A stretch of 63,913 bases of DNA, counting the filler, from Reticulomyxa filosa (Eukaryota > Protista > Foraminifera), in assembly GCA_000512085.1 (NCBI GenBank). It is 19 parts of 19 records of this genome, joined end to end, with 100 filler letters (N's around TTAATTAATTAA, not from the genome) between each part and the next. Parts side by side here need not be neighbours in the genome. Positions count along the whole stretch, not along the records: positions 20,868 to 36,576 come from ASPP01023666.1; 18 more parts are not named here. One strand, given 5' to 3'. The notes beneath the pieces were generated by a model. It was not told the DNA's origin and ran no database searches. It was given only the letters and a program-made list of their open reading frames with translations. Shown here in pieces: positions 23,986 to 36,676 of the stretch (positions are counted from its first letter, which is position 1; each line of letters starts with the position of its first letter). A program made the position numbers and the translations under genes.

Positions 23986-26386
23986 ATGCCATGGATACAA
24001 AACGAAACTCAAAGAGACGACATATTGACGTGGATATATTTTGTGTTTTCGATAATAAGCACAGTGATAGGTTATTACTGGTTGGCAGGATATCATGACA
24101 ATATCTTGTGGTTTACATTGCAATTGATCGGTGTATCGTTATGGGCGAGCCTATTGGTGTTATGGTTGACACTGAGTTCCTCTCCATCGAGCGAAGAGTC
24201 GTTTGGGAACGAAGAAACGCAAGGGATAATCCGTAGCAAAAACAAGAGCGGCAAGTATAAATACTGGTTGCGAATGTATTTGCAATTTGGGTACATTGTG
24301 CCAATGTGGTTTATCTCGTCGACGATTGTGGCTTTTGTCCAAGCGTTGGTTCACTTTCTGCCATCGTATTCATGGTTGCCAACACTCGCAACACGAATGA
24401 AAGTGAAGCAGTGGTTTGGTGGATGTTTTTATTTCATTGTGTTGTTCACATTAGAATTTTGGCCAAACACTATTTACAAAATCAAATTTGGTTCGTTTTT
24501 TTTTTTTTTTTTAAGCTGTGTGTATGGTGTGAGTAGAACACTATCCGATTCATATATGTATATATACATATACATAATTCATATGTACTATACATATACA
24601 CTTATACATTCACATATATGTATACTATTCGTATTTGTTTGGACTGAAGATTATCAATTTGATAAATACATTCCATACAAATGCTAGTGGGGGATGGTAT
24701 GCATTACATATATATTACATATATACATATAAATATATATGTATATATATAGCGGATGACATTGATAAAGAACTAGTGAAACAGCTACGCAAACACAACA
24801 CGCTGACAATGATTAATCACGCCGAATCAGAATTTGATTGGGTGGCCGCGTTTGTGTTCGCAGATGCTTATTTGCATATACGTAATGTGATTGCATTAAT
24901 GAAAAAGTCATTTGCATGGATCCCAAGCTTAGGCTGGGTCAGCTATTTGCAAGGGAACATCGCCTTGGAACGTTCATGGGACCATGACATGCCCAAGCTG
25001 AAAAAACTTATGCCAATCATTGCTCACTCTTATTCCAAGCCATGGTCCGTTGGCATTTACCCCGAAGGGACAAGGCAAACCCCTCAAAAACTCAAGGAAG
25101 CAAAAAAATTTGCTCAAGACCGAGGATACGTCGTCTTGCAAAATTTATTGCAACCGAGGTTGGTTCACTTTGTTTCCTCCTTTTGCAAGTGTTGCTTCCC
25201 ATTGTGAAGAGAGCTTCAATCAAATGCAGATCACTCTTCGTCACTAATTTTCACTTTTTTTTTTTTGGTGTGTGTTGTTGATGTGTTGTGCACGTCTGCA
25301 ACTATGCGAAGTGTATGAAACCGAAAACCCTAGAAAATTCCATCCTCTTTATAAAAGTGAAAAAAAAAAAATGAAAAAGAAAGGAAAATGAGGATTTAAA
25401 AAAAAAAAAAAAAAAAATCAACAGATAAATAATGTAATTGCAATTCAAAATAATAATAATAATAAAATGATAGGGTAAAAGGCTTCCGATTCTTGTTGCA
25501 TGAATTAAAAGCCTCAATTAGCTTTGTTGTTGATATAACCACATTTTATGCGCCGAAACCACCTTCTTTGAAGAAATTTTTTATGCAAGGGAGGTTACAA
25601 GAGTTAAGTGGTATTTTTTGGTTTTATTTTTATTTTGTTCTTTTCCACGACAAATGGCCCAACGTCAAATTCTCTCTTATCACGACAAATATGACATTAA
25701 ACATTTGTGCAGCTTCACGTACTTGTATATTCGAATGTATAAAGCAGACACCATTCCGGAGTCGGAAGAGGAAGTAGATAAGTGGCTAAGAGATCGCTGG
25801 ACTGAAAAAGACAAGTTTCTCTATTCGTCATTTCATTAAGACATTGTTTTTCAAAAATAATAATAATAATAATGTCCTTTAATTAATCTTGGACAATTCC
25901 AAATGTGTGCGCTTTAGGATGATTGACGAAATAAAAGAAAACAAAATAAAATTTGAAACAATGGTGCGTGATCCTTCTGAAGCATGTGAATATTATGCCG
26001 CGTTTTGTTTGCTCTTCGCATTAATTTTGCGTGTGGTTTATTTTAGCACGTTCATTTGCGTTTGCTGGTTAGTCGGGGCTCTATTTCCAATTTTAATAGT
26101 TTTTATTGAAAGAGACGATTTCGAGACACAACACAGACAAGAGAAAATGCGTCGATTATCTGATGCTGGTTTGTCCTTTCAAGATATTCAGTCCATTTTA
26201 CAAAAAGAAGAGCGAACCAAAATCCCCATTGTATCAGAACTCTCTTTGTCACAAAAAAAGAATCAAAATGAATTGTTGCAAAACGTAAAAGCTAATTTAG
26301 GAGAACCCATCTCTACTGCCTCCAGAACAAGAGCGCTAAGTGAAGAAGGTTTTGATATTATCTCAGATCATGAAGATAACAATTAG
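23986..26386 (+). CDS. Lysophospholipid acyltransferase (PlsC/AGPAT3-5/LCLAT1-like), spliced
   Basis: Acyltransferase motifs 'INHAESEFDW', 'MKKS...PSLGW', 'IALERSW', 'YPEGTR', 'NLLQPR' and C-terminal 'WLRDRWTEKD'. N-terminal TM segments. Confidence 0.88.
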
Positions 26387-28051
26387 TCGATTATGGCACA
26401 TCAACTTTGCAAATTTTTTGGATGTTTGTGTTTTGTGTTTGTTTTGATTTCCCCCCCCCCTCCCCCATTTGTTATTTGCCCAATTTTGACAATTCGAAAA
26501 GATTTTAGTGATATATCGAAACCCCAGACAAAGGGCAAAGTTTTGTTTTTTGTTTCGTGATCCTTTGTTTTTCTCTATGTTTTTTCGTCACTATCACCTT
26601 CCAAGAGACTGGAAATATTTTCCTGTCTCTTCTTTCTGAAATACATCACAAAAATCATACCAAACCTGTCAATGTAAAGATTAGGTGTTGACTATCTTTG
26701 GTTTTCATAGAATTTCTAAGTTAAATGTAAGAATGTTAAAGTTAAGCACATAGATATACAAAGACTCATTAACCTACAAAAATTGGAAAAATATAGCAAA
26801 CAAGATCAAAATCTTAAATTGACTAAAAAAAATGAGTAAAGTAGCTCATATAATTGTTTTGGTCAAATATCTTTGATAAGCAGACACACTTCTTTAGCAG
26901 CTTTAAAAAAAAGCAGCTGACAATACACAAATAAATTATGCAAACATACAGCGATTAAATATCCTAATAAAATATAAAGCCACTTGCATCAAACAAACAA
27001 CTAAATAAAACGATTAAACATTGAAAAAGATAAAATACATTTTAAATTTGTGACATTTGTCGTTATTTTAAGTGATTAATATTTTTATAATGATATATCC
27101 TAAATTATTGTTGATTTTTATCGTGATGCCAAAATTGCAATTATAGTGTTATCCTTTACGCAATGTTAGATACAATGAAATGTTAGTCTGTAGCTAGAAA
27201 TAGTTAATGTTATAATTTCTTTCAATAAAATATTTTTCTTATATAAGTTTTATTTTGAATCAAATTGTATATAAAACTAGCAATAAATAAAACAAACTTA
27301 CCTAACATTAATCACAAATATAGTCGAATAGTGACTCTATTTTGCGATATTCAAATGCAATTTATTTCTTCTTTCTTTATTTATATTACCATTTTCTATA
27401 AAGTTATGTTATTTGTAATAAACATAACTTCATTACAATCGAAAGCAAAAAATATATTTGAATTCTATATTAAAATATGATTATTAAAAAATATTTACGT
27501 TTTTGCGTAGTTTTTTTTATTGGATAATAAATACAATTAGTATGCAAATAACAGTATCAATACGAAAGTATTATAAATTTGATTTTTCTTCAGTTTATTG
27601 TTTTGAAAAGTATACACAATATTATATATTGATAAAAAAGTAAAAGACATCATGATGAATCACAAGTTTGATTCTTAAAAAAGTATCAAGTTAGTGTGCA
27701 AGATGAACACAATAATTCTATACATACAATTACATAAAATAGAACTTTATTAAAAACAACAAAAACAAACAAAAAATAACCAAATACGTAACACAACAAT
27801 AGGATAGATCAATATATTTCAAGAAAACACACAACACACGTATAAAACCATTATCAAGGCCCCTTAAACAAAAGAGTGTTAGATATGGTAAATGTGACTG
27901 AGAAAAACACAGTTATGCATTTATAGCTGAATGCACAACAAACAAAACAAACAAAAAAAAAGTGTGTGCAATTGGTTAATTTTACAACGATTTTACTTGT
28001 GTTTGTTTTTTTTTTTTGACATGAGAAGAACAAGAATAATGGATAATAATA

Positions 28052-29747
28052 TTACAACATTTGACGGAAAAAGTCTATGTCTGAATGTGAAGCATTCGAG
28101 GCATTGGGCAAAGTATAATTATAAAACGACAAATGATCCATGGGATCAGTTGATGAACGTGTATCATCAAAGGTATGCCGACGATTCATAGATGCGTGAT
28201 TGCTACAACAATCGTCATTTAAAAAATCGAGTTTGGAGGAGTCAAACGAGACCCCTAAAGGGAGCTCTGGATCGTCCCAGTTGGAAAAGAATGGAGTGAA
28301 ATTTTTATCAGTCATGAGACCCTCAGAAATCGTAGCTTTATCACAGTTCATAAAAATGTCATGTGTGCTTGCACAATGCAGCGGAAGAGTATCCATTCCC
28401 TCGACACTTGTAGAAACAGTTTTCCAATCACAAGAAGAGTGATCTGTATTTGTTGATGTCTTCTTTGCAGACAACTCGGCAATCCCAACCACAGATTCAC
28501 AATTATTCAAGTATATTTCTGAATTGTGTCCATCGACTCGCAAATTCGAGACACGATATTCCATCTTGTCAGTCGTATCAATTTCGAACAATGTCGCCGC
28601 ATTAATTTCACAGCCTCTTCTTGGCCATTTCACACTGATTTTACCTTGTGTGCATCATCCCCCCCCCCCCAAAAAAATACATTCCATTGTACATACATAC
28701 GTATACATTTTAATTCGTGCGTATATACATACATAAATATATAATATAATATAATATCTTTATACTTTTTGCCTCACCAACTCCGAAAACCACTTTGTTT
28801 TTTTAAAAAAAAAAGAGGGAGAAAAGAGAGATCATCCACAATATTACACCTCGAAACAGGGTAGGATATCTCAATTCAAAGTGCAAGCAAAGTTGTAATC
28901 GGTTGTCCTCTGTGATCATAAATAAGAAACTAGGTATCCAATTGCGCTTCGACACCATGTTGACACCGACTCCTAATCTTGCATAGGGTTTTGTATTAAT
29001 GACCTCAGGTCCAAGTACATGCAATTCAATGTTACCCCAACAAGTTTCTGCAATTGTTACAAATGCTTTTGAAACTGCTGTTATGCGAATATTGTCGCAC
29101 TACATTTTTTTTTTTTTTGTCCCCCCCCCCCGTTCAGAAACATATCACCCACTAGTTGTCCAGTTCAATCAAAAAAAAAAAAAAAATCAAAAATCCATTA
29201 CAAAATGAAACCTTTGGCTGATTGTTTCGATTCCAAGTCGATTTTTGTAATGGCTTCCATGCGATTTTTCCGTGCTTTGTTTGCTTGTCTGTCTCGACTA
29301 TACAAATCATATGAAACAAAACACAGCATCGACTTTTCAATTCTTCCAAAATTTCCGCTGTTATGTTGGGCTTACAAATCTCAGTTTTTATGTCCGCTGT
29401 CATACTGCGATCCATACAAATACAAGGATACATATGCTCGTCACTTGAAAACAGACAAGATTTTTGAGGAATATTTTTCATTTCACATTTTGGGCATAAG
29501 CCAAATCTTATTTTTCTCTTGGACTCTTTTTTTTTCCAAAAAAAAATCACAAACCATGTGCAAAAGAAAGGAGGGGAAAAGGTTAGATTTGAACACTAAA
29601 TGAAACATAAAATTACAACGAGGACTATATCTTTTTTAAGTAACCTGGGTTCCCACGTTTTTTGTAACCTACAAATTCATGCAGTCTTGTGGTGAAGTCA
29701 TTGATCTCGTTTTGAAAGAGAGCGTCTCTATTTTTTCCATTTGACAT
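28052..29747 (-). CDS. Hypothetical multi-exon protein
   Basis: ATG at 29747 (MSNGKNRD). Exons match ORFs 29152-29550, 28803-29024 and 28052-28633, separated by poly-T/A introns. No family recognised. Confidence 0.55.
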
Positions 29748-30648
29748 TGCAAGAATTTTCTTTCTGTGGAGGGAGAAAAAGAGGCAAAATGAACAGTGCG
29801 GTTCCCACAAATTGTTGTCTCCCCTTCAACACACTTTTTTTGTAATATTGCATGAAACTTGACAAGTTACAGTGAATTTTTAAAAAAATTCTGTGACAAG
29901 CTTACTGCTATATGCACATATTTTTCAAAAGAAGTATATCAAACCTTAATTTTTTGCTTATCTGGACGAAAATTTGTTTGACATTTGTTGAGAATTTAGA
30001 TAAGAAAAAAAAAATTTCAAGATTTGTGTTGATGGTTCGGACAAATTTCATTTTAAAAAGCGAATATTTATCTTTACAATCTTCATTTAGAGCTCACCAG
30101 AAGATATTACAACAAAAATTTGTTCCTTATGAAAAGGATGCAATTGTTTAGTACTTCAGTTTTTTGTCGCAGACTATGCAATCTGCATTAACCCTAGTTT
30201 AAACTATTATTGTAGCAAAGTTTGTTTGATGAATTGAATCTTGTTGATTTTCCAATTCTCTATATCTTTTTAAGAATTTCTTTACTATTTGACGCAAAGA
30301 AATATATCTAACGTACCTGAGGACATCTCTGATAGATAATGTTTTCTGACAACATCCAAGCAATCAAAGCAATAGTTCAATCAAACACACAAAGGGAAAT
30401 TAGTATGCGTGTTTGTACAACATAACTTATCGCCTGAAAGAAAAATATATTACGATAAATAATTTTAAGCATTCCCTTGTTTTGTTTTTGTTGGAGACAG
30501 GCGATTTTATTTCGCTCATTCTCACGGGAAAAAAAAATATATACATATCAATTTCTATTTGCAAACTGCTTTATTTTTTTTTTTTTAATAGAGAAAAGAG
30601 TTGACAAAGTGCGAATATCCTTTTAAGAGTTGCTTTGTTAGAGTCCTA

Positions 30649-32293
30649 TCATAAACGACTGACATAATTTACAACAAATAACAAAAATGCAACAAAAGGA
30701 CTGAAAACAGCCAAAAAAAGATTTCTATTTAAAACCAACCCATAAATGGAAATTCCAACGTATTTCGACTGTATAGCAGCTTGCATAGCCTGTGCTTGAA
30801 GAAAGACTCTCAGCTGTTTGAGTTGCAAAGCAGAAGACTGAACTTTGGTAAGCGGAGTGTAACTTCTGTTTGCGAACGCATCATCGGACAAGCCAAAGTG
30901 AGTAGCAGCCAACAGTCCATACAAACGACGATTGATTCGTGCGTTCATGTGCGAGATCTATAAAACCCAAGCAACACTCGTTTTTAAAATGGCTCCATTT
31001 TGGAATGAAAGCTTACAAAACTTTGGTTGCCGCCAACAAGATGTAGAAGGTTGTCAACGCATTAATGCACGACTGCAAATACACATCCATGTGATCAAGT
31101 ACTATCTCTGGGACGCTGGCCATTGATAAGACACTAACAATGACGCACAACAAATGGAGACTTTAAATAATTTATATATACATATATAAATATATATATA
31201 TACATATTTATATATTTATATATTTATATATTGTATGTATGAATTAGAGCCACTCCATTCCATTGACACGTCATACCTGACACAAACTGCGATAAAGTTC
31301 AGAACCACCATGACAACGATCCACCATCGAAAGTTCTTACTAGTTTTGCGGACACTAGAAGTAATGCGATCCCAGTCGGCCACAATTTTGGTTAAATAGA
31401 GTTCCACGTGGTGATATTTATCGGAAATGGAGGAGTCCTCTTGGTCTTTGGCACGACTGCGTTTGTGTTTTATATGTGTGTGTTTTGCACCGGCCTCAGT
31501 CTCACTATCGGTATCTTCATTTCCACATTCATTATCACTCTCATTTTCATTTTCATTATTACTTTCACTTTCATTGTCCTCTTCATTTTCATCCACTTGC
31601 TCTTCTTCTTTTTTTTTTTTTTTTTTTGCTTGTTTCTTGTGTTTCGCTGTTTCGCGCTGTTTGGGTTTGGGTTTGGGTTTGGATTTGTGTTTGTGGGTGT
31701 GTTTGTCCTTGCTCTCCGACTCGTAAATGAATTCCAACAGGACATTGTACATTTCCATATGTCGCAAGAGATCGCCACGATGGCACTCGATGATAAAGTG
31801 GAAGAACACGCACAAGAAGACGAACGAGGTGACGCTGAACAATAGTCGCGAGCTGGTCAAAACGGCGTCGACAATGTGGAACACACGTCCGCGAATGTGC
31901 GCGCTGACATGTCGAAACTGAACATTGTCCCATCCATAGAACACGGTTTGTTCGAGGATGTTGATGATCAAAATCGGGACTGTAGTCACCGCCGTCAGCG
32001 CAAAGAATCGCTTGTACAGTTTGTCGGTGTTGCTTTTGAACAGCGCCAAACTCAAGTATTTTTCCGACCATACTTTGTTTTCGGCAGACACTCCTTGGAT
32101 TCCTTTCTGTTGTTTGCGGTAATATAGTTTGCTGAAGAAGCCATCAGTACGACTTTGTTCCGTCGCTATTTCTTGGAGATTGACACTGTTTTGCCAAGCT
32201 GAGGCCGAAGCTGAGGCCATTGCAGAAGCGGAGCCAAGTGAGTTTAGAGTGTCATTGTCATCGTCATTGTTGTTATCAATCATATTATTATTA

Positions 32294-32378
<85 letters not shown>

Positions 32379-33257
32379 CATTATTATTATTATTATTATT
32401 GTCATTGCTATAATTGTTTGAATACACGCTTATTAAGTTAGCTTGCTTCTCGTCCGTCCAATTAATACTATTCGGAGTGTGACCTGATCGGATATACTGT
32501 GGCTTCACTCGCGACGGTGTGTCCATTGACGTGTCTTGCATGGCTCGATAGGCGGAATAAAGCTGGTCCGTTGAGCTCGATCGGGGCAACAATTGCGACA
32601 GGTGATTCTGATTTTGCACAGATTGCAATAGCTCTTCGTGCTCGCCTTTCAACACAAACAACTGTCCCTTTGCACTTATCATCCCTTCGCTCTCCTCCAT
32701 TGCCGTTAGTGTCGTTGCTGTCATGCTCGCCATCCTGGGACGGTTTTGCAATTGCAAATACTCGCTTCTTTGCTTATCCGGATGGATGGGAATAAATGTC
32801 TCTCGGATAAAGGTACTCAAGTGGTCTCTTGTAAAATATATCCTTGCACATACAAAGGATATTGGCAAACTTAAATGTGTACATATAAATACCACTGCTG
32901 GCATATCGTCGAATGCATCGCCGAAAAAAAAATGCTCCAAGGGTATACTATCAACGCAAAAATTATCGTGGTATGGATATATCGTAAAACACTGTTCACA
33001 TTCTTTGGGTACCACAATCCCAGGACTCGCATTATTATTTCGATCTTGTGGAATATCACAAAATATATTGACCATGCTGGATGCTATACCCCTCCCCCCA
33101 AAAAAATAATAATTTATTTACAATCTTTGGAAAAAAAGAACAGTTCCAAAGCAAAACACAAAATAGTGCGTGTAAGACTTCTTTTACTCATTGTAACATT
33201 TACCCTTTTTATATGGTCAAGAGAGGTTCTTGAATGGAAAGCTCCTAACACAGGCAT
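30649..33257 (-). CDS. DUF3537-like / gustatory-receptor-like 7TM membrane protein with poly-Asn and acidic loop insertions
   Basis: C-terminus 'FLQAQAMQAAIQSKYVGISIYGLVLNRNLFLAVFSPFVAFLLFV', plus 'LLAATK|ISH' and 'WDRITSSVRKTSKNFRWWIVV'. TM1 'IMRVLGLWYPK..IIFALIVYPWSIFF' lies in frame 32871-33059 and needs a 1-bp fix at the A-run ~32924-32932. Confidence 0.75.
32282..32400 (-). repeat. (AAT)n microsatellite encoding a long poly-Asn tract
   Basis: About 40 trinucleotide units inside ORF 31216-33075. Confidence 0.95.
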
Positions 33258-34089
33258 TATTATTATTGGCTAGTAACAGGGGAAAAAAAAAACCTGCGGC
33301 AATTTTTCTAGACAAACTTTTTTGTAAAGTATCTCCGAATTATATTACATTAGAAAATATATAACGTGGTAATGACAAGTTTGACTTATCGTACAGTTGT
33401 AGTTTGTCTAATATTTGTGTATTTTAATTTTTTATTTCGTTCAATTGTCAATATTTCAATAATGTGCAGTTACATCTGAAACACGTAGTAATGGTTAAAT
33501 ATAATCCTATTAGTTTGTGAGCATGCAATTTTCCATTAAGCACAATTGACCGTATCAACATGTCTATTAGAAGCAGTGAGTAAACTAAATGTTTGCTATA
33601 CATCTCTACAAACGATTAAGAGTCTACTTACATGTTTTATTAGACTGATCTCGTTTTTAGTATGTACATTTTTTATGTGAAAATTCACAAAAAATTGTCC
33701 AAATTTAAATTGATAATATTTAAAGAAATAAAAGTATATATATCATGTTTACAATTTCTCCAAATTATCTCTTAAAATTAGTGTGCAAACATTATAAAAT
33801 AAAGTACATTTCCATAGTGCTAAACACAATTTCAGCACTAATTTGAGGAGTATTTTTCAACAAATTGTATTAATATTTAAGTCAGCTTCAAAATGTTTTG
33901 TTATAACATTATTTAAGTATTAAAAACATTATACGATTAGATAAAAAAGAAAAACGAAACTACCTCTTTTAGTCTGTTTCGACAAATGTTTTTTTTGTTG
34001 TTGCCTTTGTCCCTTTCCAGCGTATATCAATCATAGCCCGTTGCGGTATCCACCGTTTGTAAGTAAATCTGGTATTTTTCCCTCAATAA

Positions 34090-34950
34090 ATGGAGCATCA
34101 TCACCACACTCATCGAAGAGTTAACATGTTTTAACTGACAAAATTATCTATGTGTTTTTCTCGAAGTTTTGTTTTTTTTTTGTGGATTGCAATTTATGAA
34201 AAATATGATGACAAAATAGATAAATTTGGGAGAATGTGAAACAGAAGAAGAAATATTGGAAGCAATAGAACAATCAAGAAAGATTACACGATTGATAATC
34301 AGTGCCGTACAAAAAGGGTCAAAATTTGAGGTTAGCCAAATATTAGAACACTATGGTTTAGCCATGACGTCCAGGTTACACTTCAAAGTTGTCAATACGG
34401 TTATGGAGCAATGGGTATGTTGGTTTGCATGGCCATAAATTCGTTATTTTTGTATATGCTTTGCTTTTTCAAAAAATTTTCAAAATTGTGTTGTATACGT
34501 GCACTTGTTCCCTTCCTTGTCAAACAACCAACAAAATAAAGTTCTCACTGATCGGAATCGAAAATGAAGAGGAAATATTTAATGTGCTGAAGAAAAATAG
34601 ATTTGCAATGGAAAAACTCAAACAATCAGTCCCACAAGGAACAATTGCTGTGTCGGATTTGCTAACAGAATGGGAATTACCAATCGGTGCTTTGCAATCC
34701 AAAATCATCAGACGAGTCCAAAACCACTTTAAAGAGGAGGTATAAAATTTGTAAAACTTTTCATACTTTTTTTTATTTTTGAAAGAGAAATGTGATTGGG
34801 GCGATGGATAAATTTCAAGTCCGGCCAGAAGGAAAACGAAAAAACAAAACCTGAGACCAACGGTCAAAAAGAGAGCGGAAATGCACAACCAACAGGAGAC
34901 AATGATGAAAAAGAGCAAAAGTAATGGTAGCAGTCAAATTTCAAAAAAAT
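34090..34950 (+). CDS. Small hypothetical protein with two ~65-aa internal repeats (spliced; ends uncertain)
   Basis: 'LGECETEEEILEAIEQSR..AVQKG..VSQILEHYGL..LHFKVVNTV' resembles 'LIGIENEEEIFNVLKKNR..SVPQG..VSDLLTEWEL..LQSKIIRRV'. Each copy is on its own exon. Confidence 0.55.
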
Positions 34951-35327
34951 AGAAAAGTTGAAACTGTCATTTTTATTTTTGTGTTGTTTTAAAGAAAAGG
35001 CAGCAGAAGTTTAGAATTTGAGGGGAAAAATATGAGCTGTCTGTTAATACAATATAGGTAGTAGTTTCTTCTCTCTACCTTTCAATTGCGGTCCATTGAG
35101 TGCAAATAATTTTTTTCTGAGGTTTCCCTCAATGTACGCATGCGTGTTGAATCGCACAGTCTTTTATTACCATATTTCTTTTTTTTTGGAAAACATTATA
35201 CTTTTGAAACCAAAAAACAAATCCAAATCATATAAAAAACGCTCAAAATTTTGTTGTGAGCCAATTTTCTTCTCCTCAGCAAGGTTTTGTGCTTGAAAGG
35301 AGTGAATACACTGACACAATAATTTTC

Positions 35328-36455
35328 TCAAGAACCAAATTCTGAATTTGTTTCTGAATCACAATCATAATTACCTTTGTTCATACTGCCTTTAGGGCGT
35401 TGATATCCTCGTGTTGCGTTTTTGTTTTTCCAGTGCGAATTGTCTAGCTGCTCGTCGTTTTCACTTTCTTGATTCGGTATGTCTTGCGAGTCATTCATGT
35501 AACCGTGTTTTTCATCGTCGCTACTTTCTGTAACAACATAGCAAAGCAGATCGGAGAAGAGAAAGGAGGAGGGAGGGGACAAAAAAGACAAGAATACTAA
35601 CCTCCAATATCATCGCCAAAGAAATTTTCGCTATCCAAATCAACAGTAGTAATTGGATTACCATTGGACAAATCATTTTTTTGTTGTGCAATATCCTTTT
35701 TCAATTTACTGTAGTGATGATAATGCGTTGCAAATGAGCCATCAGGAGATGACAAGCGACTTCGAACATACACACATTTACTTGCCTGGCGTTGCGACGC
35801 AAATACACACAACGCTGTTTGTAGCTCTGATCTGTAATGAGGAGGTGGTCCAATTGATAAATTGCACACGTTTTTCTTTGGAGAGCGAGACTTCGATTCA
35901 TGCTCTTGCAACTCTTTTTCTGCTTTTGCCGCAGCGCATTGCAAGCAGACCAAATAAAGAGGAGTGGACCCCTGATAATATCCCATCGCGAGTTGCCTTG
36001 ACCTTTCTACACCAGATACACTCGTACTGCGTCATCAAATCTGTACCACTTTGATCTTTTTCAACATGGAAACGAGGTTGGCCTTCTTGATTCCAATTCA
36101 ACCCAATCTTTTTTTTTATTTGTTTCGAAAAAAAGGAAAACAAAAAGTTGGTGTGACCTGGCGTTAACAGAAGTGGCAGTTTGCTATCACAAAATTTCAT
36201 CTCTGACTGTGTGTCTTCCGTTGAAAATAATTTACACACACGATCTTTTTTCATTAAGCGTTCCATTATTTCTCGATCCAAAGTATCAGGTCCCTTATCC
36301 ATTTCTACTTTGGTTACCATTCCGAATGGACTTAGCATTGCTTTTACATCGTTATGTTGCGCAGACGGTGGCAAGCCGTAGACAAACACAGTGCGTCGAA
36401 ATGGGAAGGTCTTTTCTGAGGGTGCACGGAAGTTTTTGCGTCCAATACTTTTTTT
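35328..36455 (-). CDS. RRM protein (La-related-like RRM) with an inserted CxxC..CxxC segment (5' partial)
   Basis: RNP2-like 'RRTVFVYGLP', then 'DVKAMLSPFGMVTKV'. RNP1-like 'TALCVFASQRQASKCV' lies further on. Frameshift at GGG ~35983. Confidence 0.65.
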
Positions 36456-36676
36456 TTTCTCCCCCACGGGTAAGCGCAGGGCCCCCCAAAAAAAAAGGAA
36501 AAAGCAAAGTCGGTACAAAAAGTAAAGATTTAAAAAAAAAAAAAAACTCTCAAAAAAATTTTTTTTTTTTTTTTTTNNNNNNNNNNNNNNNNNNNNNNNN
36601 NNNNNNNNNNNNNNNNNNNNTTAATTAATTAANNNNNNNNNNNNNNNNNNNNNNNNNNNNNNNNNNNNNNNNNNNN

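Noticed and set aside
32129-32441. Poly-Leu and poly-Tyr ORFs (also 13066-13367)
   Set aside because: Alternative frames and strands of (AAT)n microsatellites.
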